A stretch of DNA of 64,000 nucleotides. Origin: Antechinus flavipes. Its lineage: Eukaryota. The stretch's first letter is position 1. Each line of letters opens with the position of its first letter. The stretch covers positions 640,832,001-640,896,000 of the forward strand of contig NC_067399.1 in the NCBI RefSeq assembly GCF_016432865.1, read 5' to 3'. Shown in pieces: positions 22,031 to 33,100 of the stretch. The position numbers and the translations under genes are program-made. Below the pieces are notes generated by a model, which was not told the origin of the DNA, did not search any database, and saw nothing but the letters and a program-made list of their open reading frames with translations.

Positions 22031-24479
22031 CTGACCACCTCCATTAAAAAATTAACAAATGAAATGATTGGACTAATGGATTAAAATATGCTGCTTCCAG
22101 GATGAAGAAGGTAACAGTCCATCATATTTCCCAAGACAGACCATTTTACTTTGGGGACAATTCTAATTCTTAGGAAAGTTTTCTTTACTTCAAACCTAAT
22201 TGTTGCTTCACTGCAACTTCCCTTGCTTCATGGCCTGTCCCCAGGACTCATTCAAGCAAAACATGTCTCATCCCTCTAACACCTGAGTGCCCATCAAATA
22301 ACAGTTGTTATTGTTCCTTTTCATCACATTCTCAGTCATTTCTGAGTAAATTCAGCTATTTCTGCTGACCTTTGATGTTTTCATCCCCATTTATGGATGC
22401 TGTCCAGTTTGTCATCCTTCCAAAATGTAGCACTCAAAACCAAACATAATATGGTAGGTAGAGTATGATCAGGCCTGAATAAAGTGGGGCTAATATCTCC
22501 TGCTCTTGGACCTTTTGCCTCTGTGTGACCTAAGATGTTTAATTTCTTAGCTGCCATATCAAACTGTTTGGACTCTGGGAATTTTCAATCCACTAAGACC
22601 TCCCTTCATATCTTTTAAAAATGAACTTTTCTAGCTGTGCTTTTCCCATTTTCTACTAGTCTTCATTTTGCTTTTTTTTTTTGTCTTAAGTGTTATTAAG
22701 CACCTATATGCTAAACTCTGGATTTTTCATAAGTATCTGTTAAATTAAGCATATTGGATTCAGTCCAGTTTGGATCCTGACTCATCCCCTTTATTAGGTT
22801 GGCTATCAGTGGCTGAGTATAGATAAGGCCCTTATAGGTACCAAGGCAAGCATGAACTTAGAAGAGCACCTAAACACCTAAAATGTGTTTAGGTGAGTGT
22901 AAGTACCAAGATCAATCAGATGATATGTATTCATAAGAAACTCACAAGAGAATGGCAGTGTTTTGTGACAAAGGCACTGTGGGAAACATAATTCTAGGTG
23001 CTCTGGGATGTTGGGAAAGGTTTCAGGAAAGTTGCTTAAATAGTTGCTGCATTAAATTGGTTGAGACTATGGGACTTCCCACAGTCCCTCAAAAACCTTA
23101 GAAACACCCTGGTGGGGTGATTGGAAAGGAGGAGGGAGATAGTAAGTTTTGCCCAAGGATTGTCCTCCAAGGAGGACTTTGCTCTGACACTGGTGTTGCA
23201 CTAAAAAAGTTATCCCATGGAACAAGTAGGCATTTGTTCTGGCATTGAAGATGTTTCCCTGTGCAAAGTGGATACACATTTTAGCATCCCCTACAGACTA
23301 ATTTTAAGCCAGGGCTGCTAGCATGTAAATAAATTATAAAAGACATTTTAAAAGAACGTTAACAATCAAGGGACAGGGTTCAAATAGTAGGGGGCCACCA
23401 ACTAATTTTATTATGTTGGATAAAATAAGTCATGTTTCCTTGTCTGTACTAACTTGATTTTTAGGATCCTCTGCTTTCCTAATGTTAAAAGAAATAACTC
23501 ATTAAATTGATAGAATTTGACTTAACAACCCTAGGAACAAAATTTTAAAGTTGGTGATTGAATGACTGAAAAGACAAGCTATTCCTGTTATACCCACTCT
23601 TCAGGGACAAGGTCTGTCTGACCGCATTCAGTCCTTGGCATTAGGATTGCTGACTACTACTGATGACTAGGAGGAGAATGATGGTAGATAATACATCTTC
23701 ATGATCTTGACGTGGCCAAGGCAGTTGCCTCAATGTTTACCATGCACCACCAGTATTATGCTAAATTCTGGTGATCCAGAGAAAGGCAACAACACAATCC
23801 CTGTCTGCAAGAAGCTCACATTCCAGAAGCACAGCCTTTTATGATTATTGCCAAACTATTTTGTACTGCTATTTCAAATCGGGAAAAAGAAGTTTTGTGT
23901 TCCTATCCTTAATGATATATAGAAAGGTAGGGGATGAGTACCTGTAAATTATATGGGAATATAGGAAGAGTCCAGGGTGTGCCTGGATGTTGGGCAAAGG
24001 AAGGCTTTGGAGGAGAGGGCTGATACTTGAGTGGGAGTTGGAAGGGAAATATTTCAGCTAATATGAGAAGGGCCAGGGAGGCATGTCCCCATTGAAAACC
24101 TCAGTGAGTGTTATAGTATTCATAATTTACTTAGGTGCAGAGCAAATTGAAGATGGTAATATTTAAAAGGTCCTGTCCCTCAGCAACCTTACCAAGATTT
24201 TAAGAAAAGTGACTTGCCTAGGATCAACACTAGCCATCTGTATTGGCTGGCTGTCCCAAACTCTGAAGAGATCAAAGAAATGGAGAAGTATATAATGTGT
24301 GTGTGTTTGAGCACATATCAGGCAAACATACACGTGAATGTAATGTTATGTATGTATACATATATGTATATTTATAGCAAAGAACTGGACACTTAAGATG
24401 TCTTTTAATTGGAATAGTTGAACAAGTTACTGTTTATAAATCTGATAAAATAGTAAGAGAAGATGAAGGATATGGTTTC

Positions 24480-24761
24480 AGAGTAACCTAAGAAGACATG
24501 TACAAGCTGATTCAATATGAAGTCTGCAGAGCCAGGAGAACGATCTGTGTAACAATACTATTGTAAAGCCAAACAACTTTAAAGGACTAAATTATTCTGA
24601 TCCATTCAGTGACCAGCCAATGATGAGATACGTTTTTGGACGTGGCCAATATGGGAATTTGACTTGACTGTACATGCTTGTTACAAGAGATTTTTCCCCT
24701 AGTAGCGTCTGAGAGAAAAAAGTTTTTTAATTGAAAAAATTTAAAAATTAAAAAAAAAAAA
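24480..24761 (+). mobile_element. Old L1 3' end with A-tract (24750-24761)
   Basis: gaagacatgtacaagctgat...agccaggagaac... matches an ORF2 end/3' UTR and terminates in A12. Confidence 0.7.
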
Positions 24762-26340
24762 TACAAGTCCTAACAGTGAAAGGGGATGGGGATGAAAGAA
24801 GTGGAGTTAACTGCCTTAGTAGAAGTAATATCTATAATGATAGAATTGTGTTTAGAACTATTTAGAGGAAAGATCTACTGTCTCTCAAATATCAAGAAAT
24901 AGCATTTCATTAGAATAGTGTAGGATTTAGCATCAGTCCTTGGTCTCCAAAACTTATTAGCTGTATGACTTTGGACAAGACTGATCTTGTCATTCATCTG
25001 TAACATTGGAATACTAACTGTTACACTAATCCAAAGGGTTATTGGGTGCGTGGGAAGAGATACTTTGTCAATAAGCAATAGACATTTAAGGAGCTTCTAA
25101 ATGCCAGGCACAGAATTAAGCTCTGGGGAGTCAAAGAAAGGGGGAAATTAGTTCCTGCATTCAAGGAGCTTACATACTCATGAGTGAGGCAAAAAGATAA
25201 ACATCTTTATATACACAAGCTAGATCCATTGTAATTCAGAAGGTCATCTCAGAGAAGAGAGGGAAGGCCAATCAGGAAAGGCTTCTTGCAGAAGGTAGGA
25301 TTTGAACTGAGTCTTAAGCTATATAATACGTCCCAAAAGTCTTAATGCTATCTTTAACTTTTAATAACATTAAAGAGCATTAAGACTTGGGACACCATAA
25401 TTTGTTACTCTTTGGCTCTGTCAAATTGCCTCCTCAGTCTGTTCTTTCAGGAATTGGTGCTCATTTAATTCCTTCAGCTGTGGGAGAAAAAACTGCCAGG
25501 GAAAGTTTTATCACTTTGGTTTTGTGTGAACTTGTGGTCCCTAATGACCACTGCAAAATAGAAGAGTTGAAGCAGTATTATGCAATGGGAAGTGTAATAG
25601 TTCTGAAATGAGAGAGCTTGGGTTCAAATTCAGCTTTGCATGCTGTTATGTGACTTTCACCAAGTAACTTAATCCCTTGTGTCTTAAGTTTCTTCAATAA
25701 AATGAAGTACTTGAGCTAGAAGGCTTCTGAGGTACCTTCCAGATAAACTTGATGGTTTCTAATTCAATAATACATCAGTTTTATTCTTGAATATAGAAAG
25801 TATGCAGTAAGTATTGGTTAAGTTGGAAATATTGAGCTGAATGTGCAGTCAGAAAATATAGTGATAGTACTGTGTTTACAGCAGAACAGAGGAAGAATCA
25901 TAACTTGAGGGAAAAAAAAAACACCCATATTAGAGATAGAGGAAAATATAAATCTAACTTACAAATTTAAAAGTGAATGCATTGAATAATCCAATAAAGT
26001 GAAAAAAGTGGCAGGTTGAATACTAAAACAAAACTTTGCAATTTATTGCTTACGAGGAGGCCATTTTAAAAACAGATACATGAAATAAAACTGAGGGGAT
26101 GAAAATTTACTATGCAAGTGATGCATAGTATGCAAAAAATGGTTCAATAATAGGAAAACAAATCATATTAAAACCAAAACCTCCAAAACCATATGATCAT
26201 CTCAAGAGATGCAGACAGATATCTGTCTTTGACAAAGTGCAACATTCTTTTATATTAAAAATTCTACAAAGTATAAACAGATCTCTTATAAAATAGAAAA
26301 AGCATCCATCTAGAATCAAAAGTAAAGATCATGTAATTTA

Positions 26341-26784
26341 TTATTTTTTTTTGGTTTAAAATTTTATCTTATTCTTTTTTTTTTCTTATTCTTTTTTTTT
26401 TAATTTTAATATCTTTTTATTGATAGAACACATGCCAGGGTAATTTTTTACAGCATTATCCCTTGCATTCACTTCTGTTCCGATTTTTCCCCTCCCTCCC
26501 TCCACCCCTTCCCCCAGATGGCAAGCAGTCCTTTACATGTTGAATAGGTTACAGTATATCCTGGATACAATATATGTGTGCAGAACCGAACAGTTTTCTT
26601 GTTGCACAGGGAGAATTGAATTCAGAAGGTATAAATAACCCAGGAAGAAAAACAAAAATGCAAGCAGTTTATATTCATTTCCCAGTGTTCTTTCTCTGGG
26701 TGTAGCTGCTTCTGTCCATCTTTGATCAATTAAGGCTCTCTTTATCGAAGAGATCACTTCCATCAGAATACATCCTCAAACAGT
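26341..26784 (-). mobile_element. 5'-truncated young L1 with 16-bp TSD
   Basis: Reverse complement of the 268-774 family; TSD AAGATCATGTAATTTA at 26325-26340 and 26785-26800. Confidence 0.92.
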
Positions 26785-27138
26785 AAGATCATGTAATTTA
26801 GATACACTATAAATTTTTGCAACAAATAAGGAGTGAAGCAAAGATACATCCTGGATACAATATATGTGTGCAGAACCGAACAGTTTTCTTGTTGCACAGG
26901 GAGAATTGAATTCAGAAGGTATAAATAACCCAGGAAGAAAAACAAAAATGCAAGCAGTTTATATTCATTTCCCAGTGTTCTTTCTCTGGGTTTAGCTGCT
27001 TCTGTCCATCTTTGATCAATTAAGGCTCTCTTTATCGAAGAGATCCACTTCCATCAGAATACATCCTCAAACAGTAAGATCATGTAATTTAGATACACTA
27101 TAAATTTTTGCAACAAATAAGGAGTGAAGCAAAGATAC
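26558..27138. repeat. Tandem duplication, 290/291-bp unit (26558-26847, 26848-27138)
   Basis: Direct reading shows two copies that differ by one substitution and one 1-nt indel. Confidence 0.95.
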
Positions 27139-27258
27139 CTCCTAGCCACTATTATTTGAGGTAGTTCTGGAAATGTTAGCAACAGCAATAAGATAAGAAA
27201 GAAATTAAAGGGATAAAAATAGATAAGAGAAGATCATACTATTTGCTGATCATGGTTT

Positions 27259-27341
27259 TTTTTTAATTTTTAAATTTTTTCAATTAAAAAACTTTTTTCT
27301 CTCAGAGAGAGTTCTTTGATGGAACAGGAGTGCACCAGTCA
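27259..27341 (-). mobile_element. 83-bp chimeric A-tailed insertion with 13-bp TSD
   Basis: TSD CTGATCATGGTTT at 27246-27258 and 27342-27354; contents are exact copies of 24708-24758 (inverted) and 28837-28872. Confidence 0.9.
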
Positions 27342-29599
27342 CTGATCATGGTTTATTTGCAAAATCTTAGGGAATCAGCAAAGATGCTAATTGAAATCAA
27401 TAACCAAAATTGTGAGCTACACAATCAGTCTTCAAAAATCAGCATTTTTAAATTTATTTTTTATTTTCAGCATTTCTATATAATGACAAAACAAGATGCA
27501 ATAATTGAAAGGAAATTCTCTCCAAATATCTATAAAATATCTGGGTAACCAACCTACCAAAGCAATAAAAACTTGTATAGATTCAATTACTAAAAGTTCC
27601 TGAAAGGAAATCAAGAACAATTTAAATAACTAGAGAAATAGTCAGTGCTTATGACTAAGGCTTGTCAATGTAACAAAAATAATACTACCAAAATGAATTT
27701 ACACTTTTAATGCTAAACTATAAAATTACCAGGGAGGTGCTTTGCAGAATTTCATAAAATAGCAAAATTCATTTGGAAAAACAAAAGATCTAGAACATCA
27801 AGGGAAATGACGAACAGAAGTCGGGACTAAGAGGGAATAGCAATTTCCAGATCTCAAATTATATTAATGTCTCTTAATTCTTGATTTTCTAGTCTTTTCC
27901 ATTGATCTATTTCTATTTTTTTTAAACCAATACCAGATGCCTTTGATGATCATGGCATCAAATCATTAATAAGACAAATACAAATCAAAATAACCCCAGA
28001 GTTTCGCCTCACCCTACAAATAGGCAAAAATGACCACAGACAGCAATAGAAAATGGAGGGATTGTGGAATAGGCACACTAAAACATTGTTGATGGGTCAG
28101 TAAAACAGTACAACCATTTTGAAAAGCAAGCTATAATTACACAAAGTGATTAAAATGTCCACACTGAACCAGAGACTCCATTATGGACTTTTGTGTCAAC
28201 CAAATTAATAAGAATAATCAACAAAATAATTGCAGCAGTACTTTTAGGGATAGCTAAGAATTCAGAAAGTAGAAGTTCACTTATTGAGAAATGGTCAAAT
28301 TCAATGTGTGAATGTCACAATATAACTGTGCTGTCAGTAATGACAAGCATGGAAAGATTTCTATGAACTGCTATGGAGCCAAGACAACAATACAGTAACT
28401 GTAACAAATGGAATGAACAACCACTCACCATAAAGTCAAAAGTAAATGTAACAAGTTATAAAAGTCAAAAAGGACTCTAATATGAAGAGATATGAGAAAG
28501 TCAAAAGTAAATGTAACAAATTATAAAGATCAAAGAGGACCTAATGAAGAGATATGAGACTCCCCAAAGCCACCTTTGTGGAGTTAGTCTATAAATATCA
28601 CACACTACAATGTGTTTGACCAGTTGTGCTGTTTTTTCCCTTTTGAAAACATTGTTATATAGGATGGTTTTCTGGGAAAGGGAAAGGAAAGAATGCTTGG
28701 GATAGCCAGCTGAACAGGAACTGGCTTCTAACCTTTGGGTGGTCAGAGCCACACAAAGCAAGTTGGAAACAGGAGACACAAATTTAATTTCAGAGTGAGG
28801 AAAAGGACACCTTCAGGCCAAACAAAACCCACTTCCAGAGAGTTCTTTGATGGAACAGGAGTGCACCAGTCAGTGACAAGGAACAGATTGGGTATGTGCG
28901 ATGGGTGGTCCTGGAAATAAGGGGAGCTAAATCCCTCGAAGTGTTAAGATCCAGAATGCAGAGGATCGTTTTTATGCTTAGGACACAGACACAAACGGAG
29001 CCCGGGCCCTAGCTCTGACAAATAGGGTATCTACAAAATATTTTGACACTACGGTGATATAAGGAACAAGATGTCAGAAAAGCTTATTTTTTAAGAAAAT
29101 AGTGGATTCTTGTCTCCCTTATTTTTGGAGCTGCCTCCGTGCCTGCTCCGGCATATAACAGGAGTCTATCACGCCCACCCCCAGCCCTCCCTGGACCCTT
29201 CCACATAGTGTGAGGACTTCAGGGCTGGCCCCAAAGTAGGTCCTTAACAAGGGGCCATTAAACAAGGTCGAGCGTCGGCTCCGGATGTAAAAGAAGGCCC
29301 TTTTCGTCTACAGCTGCGGTGGGGACACCAATAGTGGTCACTCCTCAGGGGCTCGGGTCCGACCAAACGATCTGCCGGCTCTAACATCCCACATCTAACA
29401 TCTGTTATACATATTCAACAGTCTCATCCCCGTTTGACAGATGTGCAAACTGAGGAACAGGTACTGTTAACAGATTTCTGGTAATTTCTGGCAGGGCCAG
29501 GCTAGCTAAGGGCTGCATTCGAGGTCTACGCTAACTTCCTAATCGATTTCTGTTCTTCAATAGGACTTTCACCTCCGAGATGAAATTGGTCCTCCAGCC

Positions 29600-30125
29600 A
29601 TAGAGAGCAGGCTAGCGATGGTAAAGACTTCTCCCAGCCATCTTGCTAAAGGAGAGCCCGGCCAGGATGGAGAAAGGGGCCGGGCGCCGTGACGCAGCGA
29701 GGACGCCGTCACGTGGGAGGGCGGTTCCGCTGCGGCTGCGGCTGCCTCGCTCGGCCCGAAGAGCGGCCGCCCCGTGGGGAGCCCGCCCAGGCCATGGCGA
29801 CCCATGGGCCACGCGCGCCCCCTCCGCCCTCGCGGCCGCCGCGCGAGACCCGCGAAGTGCCAACAGTCGGGGCCCCCGCCCAGGCCTCGCGACCTCGGCC
29901 CGGCCGGGCTCCCGGCGGCGCGGTGAGGGAGGGAGAGAGGGCGGGCCCGGCCCCACCCCTCCAGGGGCTGCGGGGAGGGGGAAGGGCGGAGGGGGAAACT
30001 GAGGCCTGAGGGTTTCGGCCGGTGAGTGGGGTGGGCACGGCCGGGGGCGGGCACTGGCCGGGCCGGGCCCACGTGTCCCGATCTCGGAACCTCGGACACT
30101 CCCCTCACTTGCAGTCCTGTCGCCC
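29600..30125 (+). promoter_or_regulatory. FAM219B: FAM219B CpG-island promoter
   Basis: CpG-rich; reverse YY1-type motif CCAGCCATCTTG 29634-29645; TGACGCA 29690-29696; E-box/CLEAR-like GTCACGTGG 29708-29716. Confidence 0.8.
29794..29922 (+). CDS. FAM219B: FAM219B coding exon 1 (Pro/Arg-rich N-terminus)
   Basis: Strong Kozak gccATGG; GRAPGGA resembles human DRAPGAA; phase-0 donor GCG|GTGAGG. Least certain exon because homology is weak. Confidence 0.7.
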
Positions 30126-33100
30126 TGCCTTAGCTGGTCCAGCGCCCCTCGGCTTCCATCCTTCCCATCTCTCCCTCTTCCCATTCCCGAGTTTTCTCTC
30201 CTCATCCTCCCCTCCTGCCCTTCCTCCTCTCTTCCCCCTTCCTCCCCATCCCTCCTCCCTGTCTCTCCTCCATTCTCCTCCCTCCCCAACCTCCACACCC
30301 CTGGGTCTCTCCCCCTCAGGAAGATGCCTGGAGAACTCCAGGGGGTGTCATTGCTTTAGGGGCGCTGCTGTAGGAGGCTCCCACCTGGCAGGAGGCTGTT
30401 TGTTGCCCTTCAGCAAGCTGCCCTTGCCCCCGCAGGTGGTGAGTGGCTACAAGCGGGTAGACTGGGCTCCAGAGGCAGTAGAGAAAAGAGGACCGTACAT
30501 CATGACCCGAATGCCTTCCATCCAGGCCAAGTTGCGTGAGTATTCGGGGTTTTGATTGGTTCCTATGCAGGAGTCCATGGGGACCGCAGTTCCTGCAATC
30601 ATAGATTTGGAGTCAGCTTAGGGGTCTCCTAGTTGAACTCATTCATTTTTCAGGTGAGTTCAGAAGGCCGCCCTGTTTGTAGGAGCCACAGCTGGGACAG
30701 GAACCAGGGCCTGGGTCTTAGTCCAGCCCTCTGTAGACTGTGCGGTCCCTGGCCCGATGCAGTCTCAGGCTTGGTTCTGGCCCAGCTTGAGTTACATCCC
30801 CACAGTCCAAAGTCAGATTACTGGAGAACTCTACCTGCCCAGGCCCTCTGGCAGTCCTGCCCTCTTATCAGATTAATATAAGACCGAATGATGGTATTGC
30901 ACTTGAATCTTGTTTTCTCATGTATAAATAAAGGCAGCTTTGCAGAGGAAACTATAGGAAGCCACAAGAGACCACAGTGAATATCAGGAATCCTCTGGAA
31001 GGGAAGGAAGAAGGGGTCCTCCCCTTAGTGACCATATATAGAGGAGTGCTGATTGGCCTCCCTCTTTGGCAGTGGGGGGAGGAAGGTGGGGCACTAGAAG
31101 CCTGGATACTTGGCCCTTCTGAGGGCTCTTTATGAGGCTGCCTCCATGCTGGGATATTAGGGCTTTCTCCTCCACTACATGAGGGGCGCTATATCAAAGA
31201 CAGTAATTTGATTGTATTTTATTCAGTTCACAGATCTGACTAAATTATAATTATATAATATTATAATAATAAATATATAAAACTGCCATTCAGTTTGTCT
31301 TTGAGTGATCACTTGTTTAGCTGTAAGAACCTTATGAAAAGTGACCCTATTAACTTGGGCTCCTTAATTTTCCAGAGAAGCACCGAGATCTGGCAAAGGC
31401 TGTCCTGCGGAGGAAAGGCGTGATGGGAGCCTCTTCACATCATCCCAACTCTTCAGGGAAAAGGTTCCTTCCAACTTCCTGTTTTTTCACTTTTTCTGTG
31501 CAAGAGTATTTCCAGGGACTGCCATTAGCATTCCTTAGGCAGTTGGGCCTCAGGATACGGGGCTGGAATTGAGGACACTGAGTTTCAAGTAATGCCCAGC
31601 TTTCTACTTTGGGGGATGATGTAATATAGGTGAAGAAAAGCTTTAGTTTAAATACAAGGTGATATTACTGTAAGAGAGAAGCCAGCAATGAGGGGAAGGA
31701 ATTGGATTCTGTAGCCTCCCCTTCTCTTTGGTTACAGTGGAAGTATTTGTTGGGATGGAGGTTAAGAAAAGTAGAAATCGTTTCCAGTAAGAGGCATTTA
31801 ATAAATATTTGATATTCTGTGAACCTATGAAAAAGAGACCCTGCGGCATGAGCTAATGCAGATTTGAAGGTAAAGATCACTTTATCCTTGTTATTAAAGA
31901 ACTTCTTATCTAGTGGGAAAATAAAATGTACACAATAAAATACTGTGGTGAGAATTAAATGAGATACTAATGGCAAAGTTCTACACTAAATCAAATGAAA
32001 AAGTAATACTTGCAAATAAAGTGTAATTAGAGAAGTATGAACAAGGTTGTCATCATAATTCATAGTTAATCTGTAATGTGGGTGGGAGACCAGCTTCTTT
32101 CTAGATTTAAATATATAATTCCATGACTTCTCTTTGGGAGGATAATGGAGAGTTTTTGTGGAAAAAATAGTGGTTGTGAACTGTTAAGAATGAGAAGAGC
32201 AAGAAAGACCATTCTAGGTATAGGAAATGATGTCTGTGGGGGCCTAGACAGAGAATGTCTCATTGAGCAGGCTCACACTAAAGTCAGGTGAGTGAGATGA
32301 GGCTGCCAGGTGAGAGTGGAAACAGGCTTCAGGGTTCAGGAGTGATTGTGCAGGCAGTGGGCAGGCCCCAAAGCCTTGTGAACATGAGCAGTGGTCTGCA
32401 CTTGTCAAACCGAGGCACTAGTGGTGTCTGCCCTGGTCAGATTGGGGCTTGTGAGATGAGGGCAGCCACTGAGGACATCCTGCTAAGATGGAGTGGACAG
32501 GAGATAGTGGCTGGGTGCAGGAAGCCTGGAGGGGGACAGCAGAGAACCTGTGGTTGTGAGAGAAGGGCAGTATTGCCCAAAGGGGGAAAGTCAGCAAGAG
32601 CGGCTGAGCTGATGCAGGGATGAGGGAAAGGGAGCCTAGAGAGATGGTTGGTGACTTGCCTAATGCCACACAGGTTGTACTGAGAGCATGGATTTCATCT
32701 CAAGATCCCTGACACCAAAAAATGAGCTTGGGTGGTAGGGAGAAATGCAGCTGTGGTGCCTAGGAGAGAGGTCAGGACTGAATTTATATATGTGGAGATG
32801 AAAGTGAAAGATGAATACTTGGAACTAGGAGAGATTATAAGAGAGAGGACCTAGAGAGGACCAAAGGGTCAGCCTTGGGGACTAGAAGTGGAAGAGAAAC
32901 CTCAGAGGAGGAATTCAAGAAGATAGGGTGGTCCCCAGTGTCAGATGTTGAAAAGGGGGCCAGAAGGGTAAAGTTTGAGCAAATAGGCCATTGGATTTCG
33001 GTTTGGGGAGGTCCTTTTTGACTTTCACAAAAAAGCCGATTTAGCGAATGATAGGGATGGAAGGCAGTTGGTTTACAAGTTGAGGAGTGAGTCATGGGTA

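Larger units (their letters stand above)
25950..28700 (+). mobile_element. Old degenerate L1 ORF2 plus 3' UTR, hosting younger insertions
   Basis: Decayed RT motifs NHMIIS.DA..FDK.Q (about 26190-26250) and LFAD(H)M (27239-27254); many stops and frameshifts. Confidence 0.8.

Noticed and set aside
22867-22895. 11-bp inverted repeat with a 7-nt loop
   Set aside because: Within chance expectation for 64 kb and too short for a pre-miRNA.
23067-23279. 70-aa minus-strand ORF downstream of COX5A
   Set aside because: No homology recognised in any frame, no poly-A or TSD, and no splice signals.
29569-30555. ORFs of 106-228 aa on both strands
   Set aside because: CpG island and pyrimidine-tract low complexity; only the two FAM219B exons are supported.
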